64,000 nucleotides of DNA from the NCBI GenBank assembly GCA_038087875.1, contig CM075992.1, forward strand, positions 4,094,001 to 4,158,000. Reading direction: 5' to 3'. A program made the translations under genes and the position numbers. This document shows positions 13,055-25,435 of the stretch, piece after piece; position 1 is the first letter of the stretch; each line of letters starts with the position of its first letter. The notes beneath the pieces were generated by a model. That model was not told where the DNA came from, searched no databases, and saw only the letters and a program-made list of their open reading frames with translations. The stretch comes from Malacoraja senta. Lineage: Eukaryota.

Positions 13055-13154
13055 ACAGGGTCTGAAGAAGAGTTTCAGCCCGAAACGTTGCCTATTTCCT
13101 TCGCTCCATAGATGCTGCTGCACCCGCTGAGTTTCTCCAGCACTTTTGTCTACC
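13055..13154 (+). mobile_element. 100-bp hammerhead-headed mini-element nested in an older pseudo-LTR copy
   Basis: 13-bp TSD TTCCTCAAACACT (13042-13054, 13155-13167). Confidence 0.82.
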
Positions 13155-13363
13155 TTCCTCAAACACTTTGTCTTTTGCTCAGGATTCCAGCATTTTCAGT
13201 TCCTCACATCTCCAACCTCTCAAGAACTATCCAGTACATTTCCTATGGAGTCACACATGGGTTAAAGTTGATTAAAATCATAAATATAAATAGCTTGGGG
13301 GCTTTGCTTTCCTCAGTCCAGCCATTAACATCTGAGCGTGATGCAGTGCAGCACTTTGCTCAC

Positions 13364-13608
13364 CTGCGTGTGGCTGCTTGGCGGGCTGGCTTGTTTCCAA
13401 ATGAAGCTTTTGCGGGCTGCAATTGCTCCACACCAACATCCCTGTTCGCTAAGTGGTCAGCGCTTGAGGAGGTAATGGGAGGAAGATGAGATCTAAGTCC
13501 GAAGACGATCTCCCCCCAGGAAGTGTTTGATGTGTGAACTGTGAAAACGCTGATCTCATTGACCACTGATTGTGCTTCAAGAGTTGGAAAGCTAATTTCA
13601 GCTGTTAC
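13364..13608 (-). CDS. Candidate internal exon of an unidentified host gene
   Basis: Non-repetitive; acceptor TTTTTTGTTGTTGGATGAAG|, donor CAG|GTGAG; open in one frame for 245 nt (VTAEISFPTLEAQ...QAATR), phase 0 to 2. Confidence 0.4.
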
Positions 13609-13681
13609 CTTCATCCAACAACAAAAAAGTTTTGCATAACTTTGATTGTTTTTTTTGTAAACTATCGCAAACGAGGAACTA

Positions 13682-14145
13682 ACGAAGAAAGACTGGATAG
13701 ACTCGGCTTGTACTCGCTAGAATTTAGAAGATTGAGGGGGGATCTTATAGAAACTTACAACAATTCTTAAGGGGTTGGACAGGCTAGATGCTGGAAGATT
13801 GTTCCCGATGTTGGGGAAGTCCAGAACTAGGGGTCACAGTTTAAGGATAAGAGGGAAGAGGGAAGTCTTTATGGACCGAGATGAGAAAATCATTTTTTAC
13901 ACGGAGAGTGGTGAATCTCTGGAACTCTCTGCCACAGAAGGTAGTTGAGGCCAGTTCATTGGCTAAATTTAAGAGGGAGTTAGATGTGGCCCTTGTGGCT
14001 AAAGGGATCAGGGGGTATGGAGAGAAGGCAGGGATGGGATACTGAGTTGGATGATCAGCCATGATCATATCGAATGGCGGTGCAGGCTCGAAGGGCCGAA
14101 TGGCCTACTCCTGCACTTATTTTCTATGTTTTTCTATGTTTCTAT
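13682..14145 (+). mobile_element. CR1-clade LINE 3' fragment
   Basis: EERLDRLGLYSLEFRRLRGDLIETY; TTTCTATG tail. Confidence 0.88.
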
Positions 14146-14179
14146 GAATACTGAGACTAATTGTGAAGGAACTGCAGAT

Positions 14180-14912
14180 GGAAACATAGAAACAGGTGTA
14201 GGAGGAGGCCATTTGGCCATTCATTGTGATCATGGCTGATCATCCACAATCAGTAACCCATGCCTGCCTTCTCCCCATATCCCTTGATTCCGCTAACCCC
14301 TAGAACTCTATCTGACTCTCTTTTAAATTCATCCAGTGAATTGGCCTCCACTGCCTTCTTTGGCAGAGAATACCACAGATTCACAACTCTCTGGATGAAA
14401 AACATTTTTTCTCATCTCAGTTTTAAATGGCCTCCCCTTTATTCATAGACTGTGGCCCCTGGTTCTGGACTCCCCCAACATTAGGAACATTTTTCCTGCA
14501 TCTAGCTTGTCCAGTCCCTTTATAATTTTATATGTTTCTATAAGATACCCTCTCATCCTTCTAAATTCGAGTAAATACAAGCCCAGTCTTTCCAATCTTT
14601 CCTCATATGACAGTCCCGCCATCTCGGGGATTAACCTCGTGAACCTGCCTCAATAGCAAGGATGCCCTGCCTCAAATTAGGAGACCAAAATTGTACGCAA
14701 TACTCCAGAAGTGGTCTCACTAGGGCCCCGTAGAATGGCAGAAGGACCTCTTTACTCCTTTACTCAAATCCTCTTGTTATGAAGGCCAACATGCCATTAG
14801 CTTTCTTCACTGCCTGCTGTACCTGAATGTTTACTTTCAGTGACTGGTGTACAAGGACGCCCAGGTCTTGTTGCACTTCCCTTTTTCCTAATCTGACACC
14901 ATTGAGATAATA
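14180..14912 (-). mobile_element. CR1-clade LINE 3' fragment
   Basis: Reverse complement of the same CR1 consensus; VQQAVKKANGMLAFI. Confidence 0.88.
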
Positions 14913-15467
14913 GGAGGTAGACAAAAAATGCTGGAGAAACTCAGTGAGACAGCATCTATGGAGAGAAGGAATCGATAATAATCTGCTCCTTTTGTTATAT
15001 GGAGAAGGCAGGAGAATGGGGTTTGATAGACCAGCCATGATTGAATGGCAGAGTAGACTTGATGGGCAGATGGCCCAATTCTGCTCCAATCACTTGTGAA
15101 CATGAATTTATGAGGTTGGTTTGTGTGATGGTCTGGGCTACGTCCACAATTCTCTGCAATTTCGTTGAGCCTGATAACCAGACAAACATTGTCAAACTCA
15201 GATAGATTCTGCTTGGCAAGGGTACAAACGGAGATGGCTTCAGGCAGGTTTATTGGAGTGAGATGCAGTTCAGCCAAGATCCAATTAAATGACACAAGCG
15301 AGCTTGGCTGCTCCTGTTCTCTGCTTCCACGTCTCACAAGCAGCCAAATGGCCCCCTTGGTTTAGTTATTTTAGAGATACAGCATTGAAACAGACCCTTC
15401 AGCCCATCGAGTCCCCACTGTCCAGCAATCACCCGTGCACAATCATTATCCTGCACACACTAGGGAC

Positions 15468-15842
15468 ATAGAAACATAGAAACATAGAAAATAGGTGCAG
15501 AAGGAGGCTATTCGGCCCTTCGAGTCAGCACCGCCATTCATTGTGATCATGGCTGATCGTCCACTATCAATAACCCATTCCTGCCTTCTCCCCATATCCC
15601 TTGACTCCACTAGCCCCTAGAGCTCTATCTAACTCTCTCTTAAACCCATCCAGTGATTTGGCCTCCACTGCCCTCTGTGGCAGGGAATTCCATAAATTCA
15701 CAACTCTCTGGGTGAAAAAGTTTTTTCTCACCTCAGTCTTAAATGACCTCCCCTTTATTCTAAGACTGTGGCCCCTGGTTCTGGACTCGCCCAACATTGG
15801 GAACATTTTTCCTGCATCTAGCTTGTCCAGTCCTTTTATAAT
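15468..15842 (-). mobile_element. CR1 3' fragment inserted in a SINE
   Basis: ORF 15567-15806; (CATAGAAA)n tail; SINE resumes near 15841. Confidence 0.88.
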
Positions 15843-16623
15843 TTACAATTTTCACCAAAGCCAATTAACCTACAAACCTGTACGTCTTTGATGTGTGGGA
15901 GGAAACCGGAGCACCTCAAGAAAACCCACGCAGTTCACGGGGAGAAGGTACAAACTCCGTACAGACAGCGCCCTTGGTCAGGATGGAACCCGGGTCTCTG
16001 GCGCTGTGAGGCAGCAACTCTACCGCTGCGCCACCGTGCCACCTGGTTCAGTAACGCAACAGCTAAACTTGTTCAACTTTAAATAAATGCTATTATTTAT
16101 ATTATATGTAATCTTTAACCCAAATCCCAACTGGACGCACATGACATATGATTCTGCTGCTTGTGGTACGTAGAATAGAGATCAGTACAGCGCAGGAACA
16201 GTCCCTTTGGCTGACAACGTCTGTGCTCAATATGATGCCAAGTTAAACTAATCTCCTCTGTCTGTATGTGATCCATATCCCTCCATTCCCTGCATATCCA
16301 TGTTCCTACCTAAAAGCCTCTTAAATGCAACTATCTGCTTAAAAGGAATCTTATCCCCATGTGAAATAACCATCAAGAATGAATCATTCATTCAATCCAA
16401 TGATGTAACTGCTAGTGAGGTTTGAGAAGTTAACTCTTCAGTGGATTCTCAAGACAAGGTGGTGCAGCGGTAGAGTTGCTGCCTTACAGCGCCAGAGACC
16501 CGGGTTCCATCCTGACTACGGGCGCAGTCTGTACGGAGTTTGTACATTTTCCCCTTGACCGTGTGGGTTTTCTCCAGGTGCTCTGGTTTCCTCCCACACT
16601 CCAAAGACGTACAGGTTTGCAGG

Positions 16624-17036
16624 TTAGAAGGATGAGGGGTTATCTTATAAAAACATATAAAATTATAAAAGGACTGGACAAGCTAGATGCAGGAAATTTT
16701 TCCCCAATGTGGGGCGAGTCCAGAACCAGGGGCCACAGTCTTAGAATAAATGGGAGGTCAGTTAAGACGGAGATGAGAAAAAACTTTTTCACCCAGAGAG
16801 TTGTGAATTCATGGAATTCCCTGCCACATAGGGCAGTGGAGGCCAAGTCACTGGATGGATTTAAGAGAGAGTTAGATAGAGCTCTAGGGGCTAGTGGAGT
16901 CAAGAGATATGGGGAGAAGGCAGGCACGGGTTATTGATAGGGGACGATCAGCCATGATCACAATGAATGGCGGTGCTGGCTTGAAGGGCCGAATGGCCTC
17001 CTCCTGCACCTATTTTCTATGTTTCTATGTTTCTAT
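16624..17036 (+). mobile_element. CR1 3' fragment inserted in a SINE
   Basis: RRMRGYLIKTYKI...; SINE halves at 16457-16623 and 17037-17182. Confidence 0.88.
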
Positions 17037-17332
17037 GTTAATTGGCTTCGGTAAAATTCTAAATTGTCCCTGGTGTGTGTAGGATGGTGCTAGTGTGCGG
17101 GGATCGCTGGTCAGTACGGACTCGGTGGGCTGAAGGGCCTGTTTCCGCGCTGTATCTCTAAACTAAACCAAACTAAACTAAAAAACCAAAAGCAATCTGA
17201 TTACTGAGAGAAGCATTTGATGGAGGAGACATTAATATAATACTAAGGCTCACTCACTCCAACTGGCCATCAACAGCAGACGCTATTAACAGGGAACTGA
17301 CTGATGCATTTGCCTGTCTGCCAAAGTCTCAC

Positions 17333-17406
17333 TTCAACCCCATGGGAAGGAAGCTTCTCTTCAGAAGGAAATTTCCATTCGGAAATCTCAGGAGTCTGCT
17401 TTTCAG
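17333..17406 (-). CDS. Candidate internal exon of an unidentified host gene
   Basis: Acceptor CTCTTGTCTTTTGTCTTAG|, donor GAA|GTGAGA; EKQTPEISEWKFPSEEKLPSHGVE, phase 1 to 0, in frame with 13364-13608. Confidence 0.4.
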
Positions 17407-18917
17407 CTAAGACAAAAGACAAGAGTTGAAACACTAAATGGTTTTAAGTTCCCACATTCCAGATCTGATTGATGCATTTCTAACGGCGGATGGGGTGTGG
17501 ATGCCGTTGGCTGTGCTACCACTGATCAGAAGGAATTCTCCTGGTGCTGTTCGAACATGGTGGCGCAGGGGTAGAGTTGCTGCCTCACACTGCCAGGGAC
17601 CCGGGTTCGATCCTGACTGTGGGTTCTGTCTGCATGGAGTTTGTACGCTCTCCCTGTGGCCTGCGCAAGGTTTCCCCTACACTCCAAAGACGTAGAAACA
17701 TAGAAACATTCAAATTAGGTGCAGGAGCAGGCCATTCTGTCCTTCAAGCCAGCACCGCCATTCAATATGATCATGGCCGATCATCCTAAATCAGTACCCC
17801 TTTACTGCTTTCTCCCCATATCCCTTGATTCCGTTAGCCCTAAAATGCTAGACCTTGGCCTCAGCAGTCAACTGTGTCGGTGGATATTGGACTTTCTCAG
17901 TGAACGCCCACAGACGGTGAGACTTGGACCCTACACCTCGACATCCCTGACCCTCAGCACAGGAGCACCGCAGGGCTGTGTGCTCAGTCCGCTCCTCTAC
18001 GCCCTATACACACATGACTGCGTGCCCCATCACCTCACAAATAGGATCATAAAATTTGCGGGCGATACAACCGTGGTGGGGCTCATCTCAAATGGGAACG
18101 AGGACGCCTATAGAGAGGAGGTGCACAGACTTTCTGAGTGGTGTGCTCACAACAATCTCTCTCTGAACACTAAAAAGACAAAGGAGATCATCACTGATTT
18201 CAGGCGACATAGAGCGGAGCTCAGGCCACTGGAGATAGGGGGCGAGGAGGTGGAGAGGGTGCCTAGTTTTAAATTTCTGGGGATCAACATCAGTGAGGAT
18301 CTTAAATGGTCTGTGAACTCTGCTGTAGTTGTAAAAAAGGCGCAACAGAGACTTTACTTCCTCAGAACACTGAGGAAGGCCCATCTGTCTGCTAAACTGC
18401 TGGAGTCTTTCTACCGCTGTTCAGTAGAAAGCATACTGACTTACTGCATAACTGCCTGGTTTGGGAACTGTTCAGCAGCTGACAGAGCAGCTCTCCAGAG
18501 GATGATAAAAACTGCCCAGGGTATCATTGGACTCCCCCTGCCCCCTCTGGAGGACATTTACCACTCCAGATGCCGCAGCAGGACCTGTAATATTGTGAAA
18601 GACATTACACATCCTTGTCACCACCTTTTCACACCGCTGCCCTCAGGAAAAAGGTACAGGTCGCTAAAGTCATGCACTGCCAGACTCAAGAACAGCTTTT
18701 ACCCATCAGCAATCTTGGGACTGAACTCTGTCTCGGGAGCGGGTTATGGGGAAGGAGGGGGGGTGGGAGACAATGTTAATTTATGTAAATGTGAATCCAT
18801 GGGTGGGTTTGGGGAGGGAGGGAGTGTAAAAGGTATGAGTATGTGAATGTTTGAAGTTCTTTTAAATGGAGAGACACAGTAATCTCGTTGTATGTGACAC
18901 ATGCAATGACAATAAAG

Positions 18918-19012
18918 TCTGAAGAAGGGTTTCGGCCCGAAACGTTACCTATTTCCTTCGCTCCATAGATGCTGCTGCACCCGCTGAGTTTCTCCAGCAT
19001 TTTTGTGTACCT
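18918..19012 (+). mobile_element. 95-bp hammerhead-headed Penelope-derived mini-element
   Basis: 12-bp TSD ATGACAATAAAG (18906-18917, 19013-19024). Confidence 0.88.
18919..18946 (+). ncRNA. Minimal type I hammerhead ribozyme motif (Penelope-associated, subfamily A)
   Basis: CUGAAGA-A-GGGU(UUCG)GCCC-GAAAC-GUU; core nucleotides intact; palindromic AACGUU in place of helix III. Confidence 0.7.
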
Positions 19013-19402
19013 ATGACAATAAAGCATTCTGATTCTGAGTCTGATTCTAAGAGCTATATCTAACTCTCTCTTGAAAGCATCCAGTGAATTGGCCTCCACT
19101 GCCTTCTGTGGCAGAGAATTCCACAGATTCACAACTCTCTGGGTGAAAAGGTTTTTTCCTCATCTCAGTCCTAAACTGTGACCCCTGGTTCTGGACTCCC
19201 CCAACATCAGGAACATTTTGCCTGCATCTAGCCTGCCCAATCCTTTAAAAATTGTATATGTTTCTATAAGATTCCCTCTCATCCTTCTAAATTCTTTCTA
19301 AATTCCAGTGAATAGAAGCCCAGTCAATCCATTCGTATAGGTTTGTAGGTAAATTTTATTTATACAAGTGGAAAATTGTCCTTAGTGTGTAGGATAGCAT
19401 TA

Positions 19403-19946
19403 AGGGGCTGTCCCACTACGGCGACCTAATTGGTGCGTTTAGAGGAGATTAGGAGAGTTTGAAAAAATGTCATGTTGAAGACCTCCTGCGACTATGTTGA
19501 AGACTTCCTGCGACTATGTTGAAGACTAGCCTCAACTAGCTTTGGGAAAATTGGACCCCGAATAGTGGAGAGTGAAGACGACCTCCTTCGATCTCCTTCG
19601 ACCTCCCTTCGACCTCCCTTCGACTATGATGAAGACTATCTACGACTACCTTCGACTGCCTTCGACTACCCTCAATTACCTACGAATAACATGCCGACCT
19701 ACTACGACCTACTTCGACTAAACCTACGAGTAAAAAAAGTATAGATTTTTTCCATGGCGACCTTTTTTTACTCGCGGGCTATTTTCCGCGACCTAGCTGA
19801 GGCCTCGAGTACGTGGAGACCACTCTCGAGCATGAAGGAGAGTTACAAAGACCTCCTAGGACCTCGTGTCGAGCATGCTGCGAGTATGAGTCGAGGCCAA
19901 ACTCGCCAGAACTCGCGGATTAGGTTGCCCAAGTGGGACATGCCCT
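19403..19946. mobile_element. PIF/Harbinger-type MITE with internal 11- and 21-bp tandem repeats
   Basis: AGGGGCTGTCCCACT...AGTGGGACATGCCCT; TTA on the left; inserted in a SINE; internal TTCGACCTCCC / CGACTACCT repeats. Confidence 0.83.
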
Positions 19947-20849
19947 TTCCTGTGCGGGGATCGCTGGTCAGTGCGAACTGGGTGGGCCGAAGGGCCAGTT
20001 TTCGTGCTGTATCACTCTATGACTGGTGTAGATGGAGCGAGTGGGCTTGCAGGGGCAGTTTGGGCTGAAGGACCTGTTTCCACACGGTATCTCTAAAAAA
20101 AAAATGGCCACGGGTCAGGTAGGTGAAAACAAGGAACTGCAGATGCTGGTTTGCTAAGAAAGGGCACAGAGTGCTGGAGTAACTCAGCGGGTCAGGCAGT
20201 ATCGCTGGAGAACATGGATAGGTGACGTTTCGGGTCAGGACTGACCCAGTGGCAGCAACTCTACCGCTGTGCCACCATGCCGCCCCTTGTAACCACATGT
20301 ATATGGCTACTCCAGCTCAGTTTCTGGTCAATAACAAATGGCAGAATATTTCCAGAGTGGGATTCAGTGACGGCAATGTGATTGAATACTGGGGGTGATA
20401 ACTAACTTTCCTTTTGTCAGATGTCATTATTGCCTAACACCTCTGTGGTGTGAATGTTCTTTGCCACCTATCAGCCCAGCCTTGGACATTGTATAATGGG
20501 CTGCAGACTAAAGTTGCCAAGGGAACAGGGCAGGCACAATGCATTGGGTGGCATGGTGGCGCAGCGGTAGAGTTGCTGCCTCACAGCGCCAGAGATTCGG
20601 CTTCGATCCTGACTACGGGCGCTGTCTGCACAGAGTTTGCACGTTCTACCCGTGACCAGTTCCCTCCCACACTCCAAAGACGCGCAGGTTTGCAGGTTAA
20701 TTGGCTTCTGTAAAAATTGTAAATTGTCCCCAGTGTGTCAGTGTAGGATAGTGTTAGTGTACAGGGTGTCCGCCAGTCTGCACGGACTCAGTGGGCCGAA
20801 GGGCCTGTTCCCACGCTGTATCTATTTTAGACACAAAATGCTGGAGTAA

Positions 20850-21077
20850 AGGGCCTGTCCCACTTGGGCGCCATCTGCGCGTCATTTACGCAACATCATT
20901 TACGCGTCACGACGCACGACGCGTGCGTTGCGCTTGGTGAGCATTACGCGCGCATGCTGCATGGTGACGTACGCAGTGACGCATGGTCGCGCGCGGCGCC
21001 CCAGGATTTTGGGATGTACAAAATCTTTGCGCGCAATCTGCGTGGCGCACAAATGATGCCCAAGTGGGACAGGCCCT
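20850..21077. mobile_element. PIF/Harbinger-type MITE
   Basis: AGGGCCTGTCCCACTTGGGC...GCCCAAGTGGGACAGGCCCT; splits a Penelope pseudo-LTR at GGAGTAA|CTCAGC. Confidence 0.88.
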
Positions 21078-22054
21078 CAACTCAGCGGGACAGGCAGCAT
21101 CTCTGGAGAGAAGGAATGGCTTATGTTTCAGGTCGAGACCCTTCTTCAGACTGGAGGCCATAATGTCATAAGGTCGGAGTAGAATTAGGCCATTCGGCCC
21201 ATCAAGTCAACTCCGCCATTCAATAATGGCTGATCTATCTCTCCCTCCTATCCCCATTCTCCTGCCTTCTCCCCATAACCTCTGACACCCGTACTAATCA
21301 AGAATCTATCCATCCCTGCCTTAAAAATATCCACTGAGTTGCCCTCCACAGATTCACCACCCTCTGACTAAAGAAAAGTCATGGGAAAGGGAAACGAGGG
21401 GTTTAGATGATGATGATACAGAGAGATATATAACAAATGAACGTAGCCAGTCTGGGTTAAAATATGGTCGCAGGAGGAATGACAGAGGGGGAGCAGCAAG
21501 ACAGGATGTTGTAGAGCTCTCATCGGAGAGAGGAGGAGAACTTCTTCATGGACATACCTTGAGGAGATATTTTAGTTTAGTTTAGAGATACAGAATGGAA
21601 ACAGGCCCTTCGGCCCACGAGTCCGCACCGACCAGTGATCATGCCTGTACACTATCTCTGAAGTCTAAAGTCTGCACAGGAACGGTTCCATTACAAACAA
21701 GTGTCATGTAACAGCTGTACTGTGGGTGAGTGTGGGAACTGTGGGAAGAACTGAGTTGTTATTCCACTTTGCGATGAACATGAGTAGCATTTCATTCTTC
21801 GGGGAATCAAACTTAGCTCCAGTGAAGCTTTCCTTCTGTGCAAGGCTAAACACATCTGCTTAACTTGTCTTCTTGGTGACAGGGACATGCTTCTGATGGG
21901 GAACAATTACACAATGCTGGGTCACACTGGCTAACCTTGTAAACAAGTGTACGTTGAAACAAGGAGCTGCAGATAGACAGAAAGTGCTGGAGTAACTCAG
22001 CGGTGAAAGTCAGCAGGACGACAGTGAAACTAGTAGCACTAGGGCAGTAACAAA

Positions 22055-22908
22055 ACAGTAACAAAACAGAATTTTGGCTCCTCATTGGCTCCAAATCAAC
22101 ACTTACCAAAATTAACAACCCCACTCTCACTATTGACGGCACCACTGTCTCCCCATCTCCTCAGGCCCGCAACCTTGGCGTGATCTTTGACTCAACCCTC
22201 TCCCTTGAGCCTCACATCCGCCATGTTGTCAAAACATCATTTTTTCACCTCCTCAACATTGCCAAAATCAGACCCTCTCTCACACCCCCTGCTGCTGAAA
22301 GACTCATCCATGCCTTCATCTCCTCCCGACTGGACTACTGTAACTCTCTTCTCTTTGGCATTAATTCCAGCAACATCAACCGACTCCAACTGGTCCAGAA
22401 TGCAGCCGCCCGACTCATCACCCACACCAAATCCTGGCACCACATCACCCCAGTTCTCAAAGAACTTCACTGGCTTCCCATTTCCCACCGGATCACCTAC
22501 AAAATCCTGGTCCTCACCTACAAAGCCCTCAACAACTTGGCCCCCCCTTATCTCACTGACCTCCTCTCCCCCTACCAACCCTCACGGTCCCTCAGATCCA
22601 CATCAGCTGGTCTCCTCTCCACTCCGAAATCAAACCTCTGCACTTTTGGAGGCAGAGCCTTCTCCAGGGCAGCTCCCAGGCTCTGGAATTCCCTCCCACA
22701 ACTGATCCGAAATTCTGAGTCCCTCACCATCTTCCAGTCCCGCCTCAAGACCCATCTCTTCACCTCTGCATACCCTTAGTCCCATGTCCCCCTCCCCTTT
22801 GCATCTCTGTCTTACTGCTCTATTTTGTTTTGTTTTTTACTCTCAATGTAAAGTGACTTTGAGTCCTTGAAAAGCGCTATACAAATAAAATGTATTATTA
22901 TTATTATT
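22055..22908 (+). mobile_element. L2-clade LINE 3' fragment
   Basis: LIHAFISSRLDYCNSLL...LQLVQNAAAR...HITPVLKELHWLP...RAFS..APRLWNSLP...LKTHLF; AAAGCGCTATA stem-loop and (TAT)n tail. Confidence 0.92.
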
Positions 22909-23511
22909 AGGACACCCGAACCCTTGCACCCCCTCACTCCGGCCCTCCCCCACCCTAGTTGTCCTTCCAGTTTCCCTGTCATCCTGCTTAGTTCACTGTT
23001 CGTATCCACTTGTAATCACCTTCTCCACAGCCAACAATGGACCATTGTGGGCTCCACCTTTCCTTGATTACCGTTGATGCTTTGATTTGTTCTCTTCATA
23101 CCTTTCATTCATTTGTTCTTTGTAGCTTTTCATACCTCTAGTTTCCCTCTCCCCTGAAATTGGGATTTAGTGCAGTTTAATTTAGTTTAGTTTAGTTTAG
23201 TTTAGAGATGCAACTTCTCAAAAATTCACCTTTGGTCAGCTGTATTGGGTATGATGTGTATTAATTAGCATTAGTGAGATATTTAATATCATTCTTCCTG
23301 AATATAGTTCTTCCTGGTAGCAAAGGAAGATAGAACAATATGAAATTTGACTTTGCATCTTGAGCTGCCAGAGGAGGTGGCTGAGGCAGGGACTATCGCA
23401 GAGTTTAAGAAACATTTAGCCTGGTACATGGATAGGATAGGTTTAGAAGGATATGGGCCAAATGCAAGCAGGTGAGACTAGTATAGAAGGGGGGTGTTGG
23501 TTGGTGAGTAA

Positions 23512-23807
23512 AGCCCCTGTCCCACGATGCGAGTTCACCCAAGAGCTCTCCCGAGTTTTTAAAAAATCAAACTCGTGGTACTTCATCACGAGTATTTTTT
23601 TACTCTTGGAAATTTTTCACACTGTTGAAAAAACTTCACGAGTTTCCGCATTTCCCGAGTGCCTGCCGTTAGCATTAAGAGCCACTACGAGACATCCACG
23701 AGCTCCGACGTACCCGCTACGTACATTCTACCTACTTACTACGAGCTTTTTTTTTTTTTCTAACTCGGGAGAGCTCTTGGGTAAACTCGCATTGTGGGAC
23801 AGGGGCT
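23512..23807. mobile_element. PIF/Harbinger-type MITE
   Basis: AGCCCCTGTCCCAC...GTGGGACAGGGGCT; TAA TSD. Confidence 0.88.
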
Positions 23808-23985
23808 TAAGGTGGGCCGAAGGGCCTGTTTCCATGCTGTATGACTCTATGACTAACACTCTGTCTCTATGAGCATGTCTGGCATGGACATTGTGGGCTG
23901 AAGGGCCTGTTCCCATGTTGTACTGTTCTTTGAAATATCCAATTTGTGTTCTGGAAACACAACTTATATTTAGACTAGCTGTTGT

Positions 23986-24495
23986 AGGTAGATAGAAATG
24001 CTGGAGAAACTCAGCGGGTGAGGCAGCATCTATGGAGCGAAGGAAAAGGTGACATTTTGGGTCGAGACCCTTCTTCAGACTGATGTGGGGGTGGTGGGGG
24101 TGGGAAGAAGTAAGGAAGAGGTGGCGACAGTGGGCTGTGGGAGAGCTGGGAAGGGGAGGGGAAAGAGGGAGAAAGCAAGGACTACCTGAAATTGGGGAAG
24201 TCAATGTTCATACCGCTGGGGTGTAAACTACCCAAGCGAAATATGAGGTGCTGCTCCTCCAATTTGCAGTGGTCCTCACTCTGGCCATGGAGGAGGCCCA
24301 GGACAGAAAGGTCGGATTCGGAATGGGAGGGGGAGTTGAAGTGCTGAGCCACCGGGAGGTCAGGTTGGTTATGGCGAACACCGAGCGGAGGTGTTGGGCG
24401 AAGCGATCGCCAAGCCTACGCTTGGTCTCACCGATGTAGATCAGCTGACACCTAGAGCAGCGGATGCAATAGATGAGGTTGGAGGAGGTGCCGTG
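23986..24495 (-). mobile_element. Penelope-like element 3' fragment: GIY-YIG endonuclease plus pseudo-LTR with hammerhead motif
   Basis: Minus strand reads TSSNLIYCIRCSRCQLIYIGETKRRLGDRFAQHLRSV, then after a frameshift PVAQHFNSPSH...LEEQHLIFRLGSLHPSGMNIDF; followed by CTGAAGAAGGGTCTCGACCC; approximate TSD AGACTAGCTGT(T/A)GT at 23972 and 24505. Confidence 0.9.
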
Positions 24496-24922
24496 GTCAT
24501 CTTCAGACTAGCTGTAGTTTGATCAGGTTCGTCTATAACCTTCATTCACATATCAAGTGATGGCAAAGCCTTATTTCTCATTTAGCTTCCATTAAATACA
24601 AATCAGGCTCTGATGGTGAGCAGTGTTAGGCAGGTCAATCTGAAGTTGGCTGATGTCCAAATTCCCTCAACCCTGCACTACAAGGCAAGGCAAGCTTAAC
24701 TACAACAGTGTTACAAACATCAGGGCGGCATGGTGGCGCAGCGGTATCGTTGCTGCCTTACTGCGCCAGAGACCTAGGTTCGATCCTGACCACTGCCGCT
24801 GTCTGTACGGAGTTTGTACGATCTCTGGAGAGAAGGAATGTACACCCGATTCGGAAGAAGGGTCTCGACCCAAAACGTCACCCGTTCCTTCTCTCCAGAG
24901 AGGCTGCCTGTCCCGCTGAGTT

Positions 24923-25435
24923 AGTTCAAGTTCAAGTTCGTGAGTATATTGTCATATGTCCCTGATAGGACAATGAAATTCTTGCTTTGCTTCAGCACAA
25001 CAGAACATAGTAGGCATGAATACAGAACAGATCAGTGTGTCCATATACCATTATATAAATATAGACACACATGAATAAATAAACTGATAAAGTGCAAATA
25101 ACAGTTAATTGGCTAATAAAGTTCAGTGTTTTGTCCGAGCCAGGTTTAATAGCCTGATGGCTGTGGGGAAGCAGCTATTCCTGAACCTGGCCGTTGCAGT
25201 CTTCAGGCTCCTGTACCTTCTACCTGAAGGTAGCAGGGAGATGAGTGTGTGGCCCGGATGGTGTGGGTCCTTGATGATACTGCCAGCCTTTTTGAGGCAG
25301 CGACTGCGATAGATCCCCTCGATGGAAGGGAGGTCGGAGCCGATGATGGACTGGGCAGTGTTTACTACTTTTTGTAGTCTTTTCCTCTCCAGGGCGCTCA
25401 AGTTGCCGAACCAAGCCACGATGCAACCGGTCAGC
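24923..25435 (-). mobile_element. Rex/Babar LINE 3' fragment (same subfamily as 61029-61610)
   Basis: LTGCIVAWFGNL...LPSGRRYRSLKTATARFRNSCFPTAIRLLN; inserted in a pseudo-LTR copy. Confidence 0.88.

Larger units (their letters stand above)
17844..19046 (+). mobile_element. 5'-truncated Rex/Babar LINE (RT C-terminal half)
   Basis: [11 protein letters not shown]...[14 protein letters not shown]...[10 protein letters not shown] (FADD mutated)...LPSGKRYRS...NSFYPSAI; (ATTCTG)n tail. Confidence 0.9.

Noticed and set aside
17719..17843. N-terminus of the 375-aa ORF as a single gene
   Set aside because: Chimeric: antisense CR1 tail reading into the truncated Rex/Babar RT.
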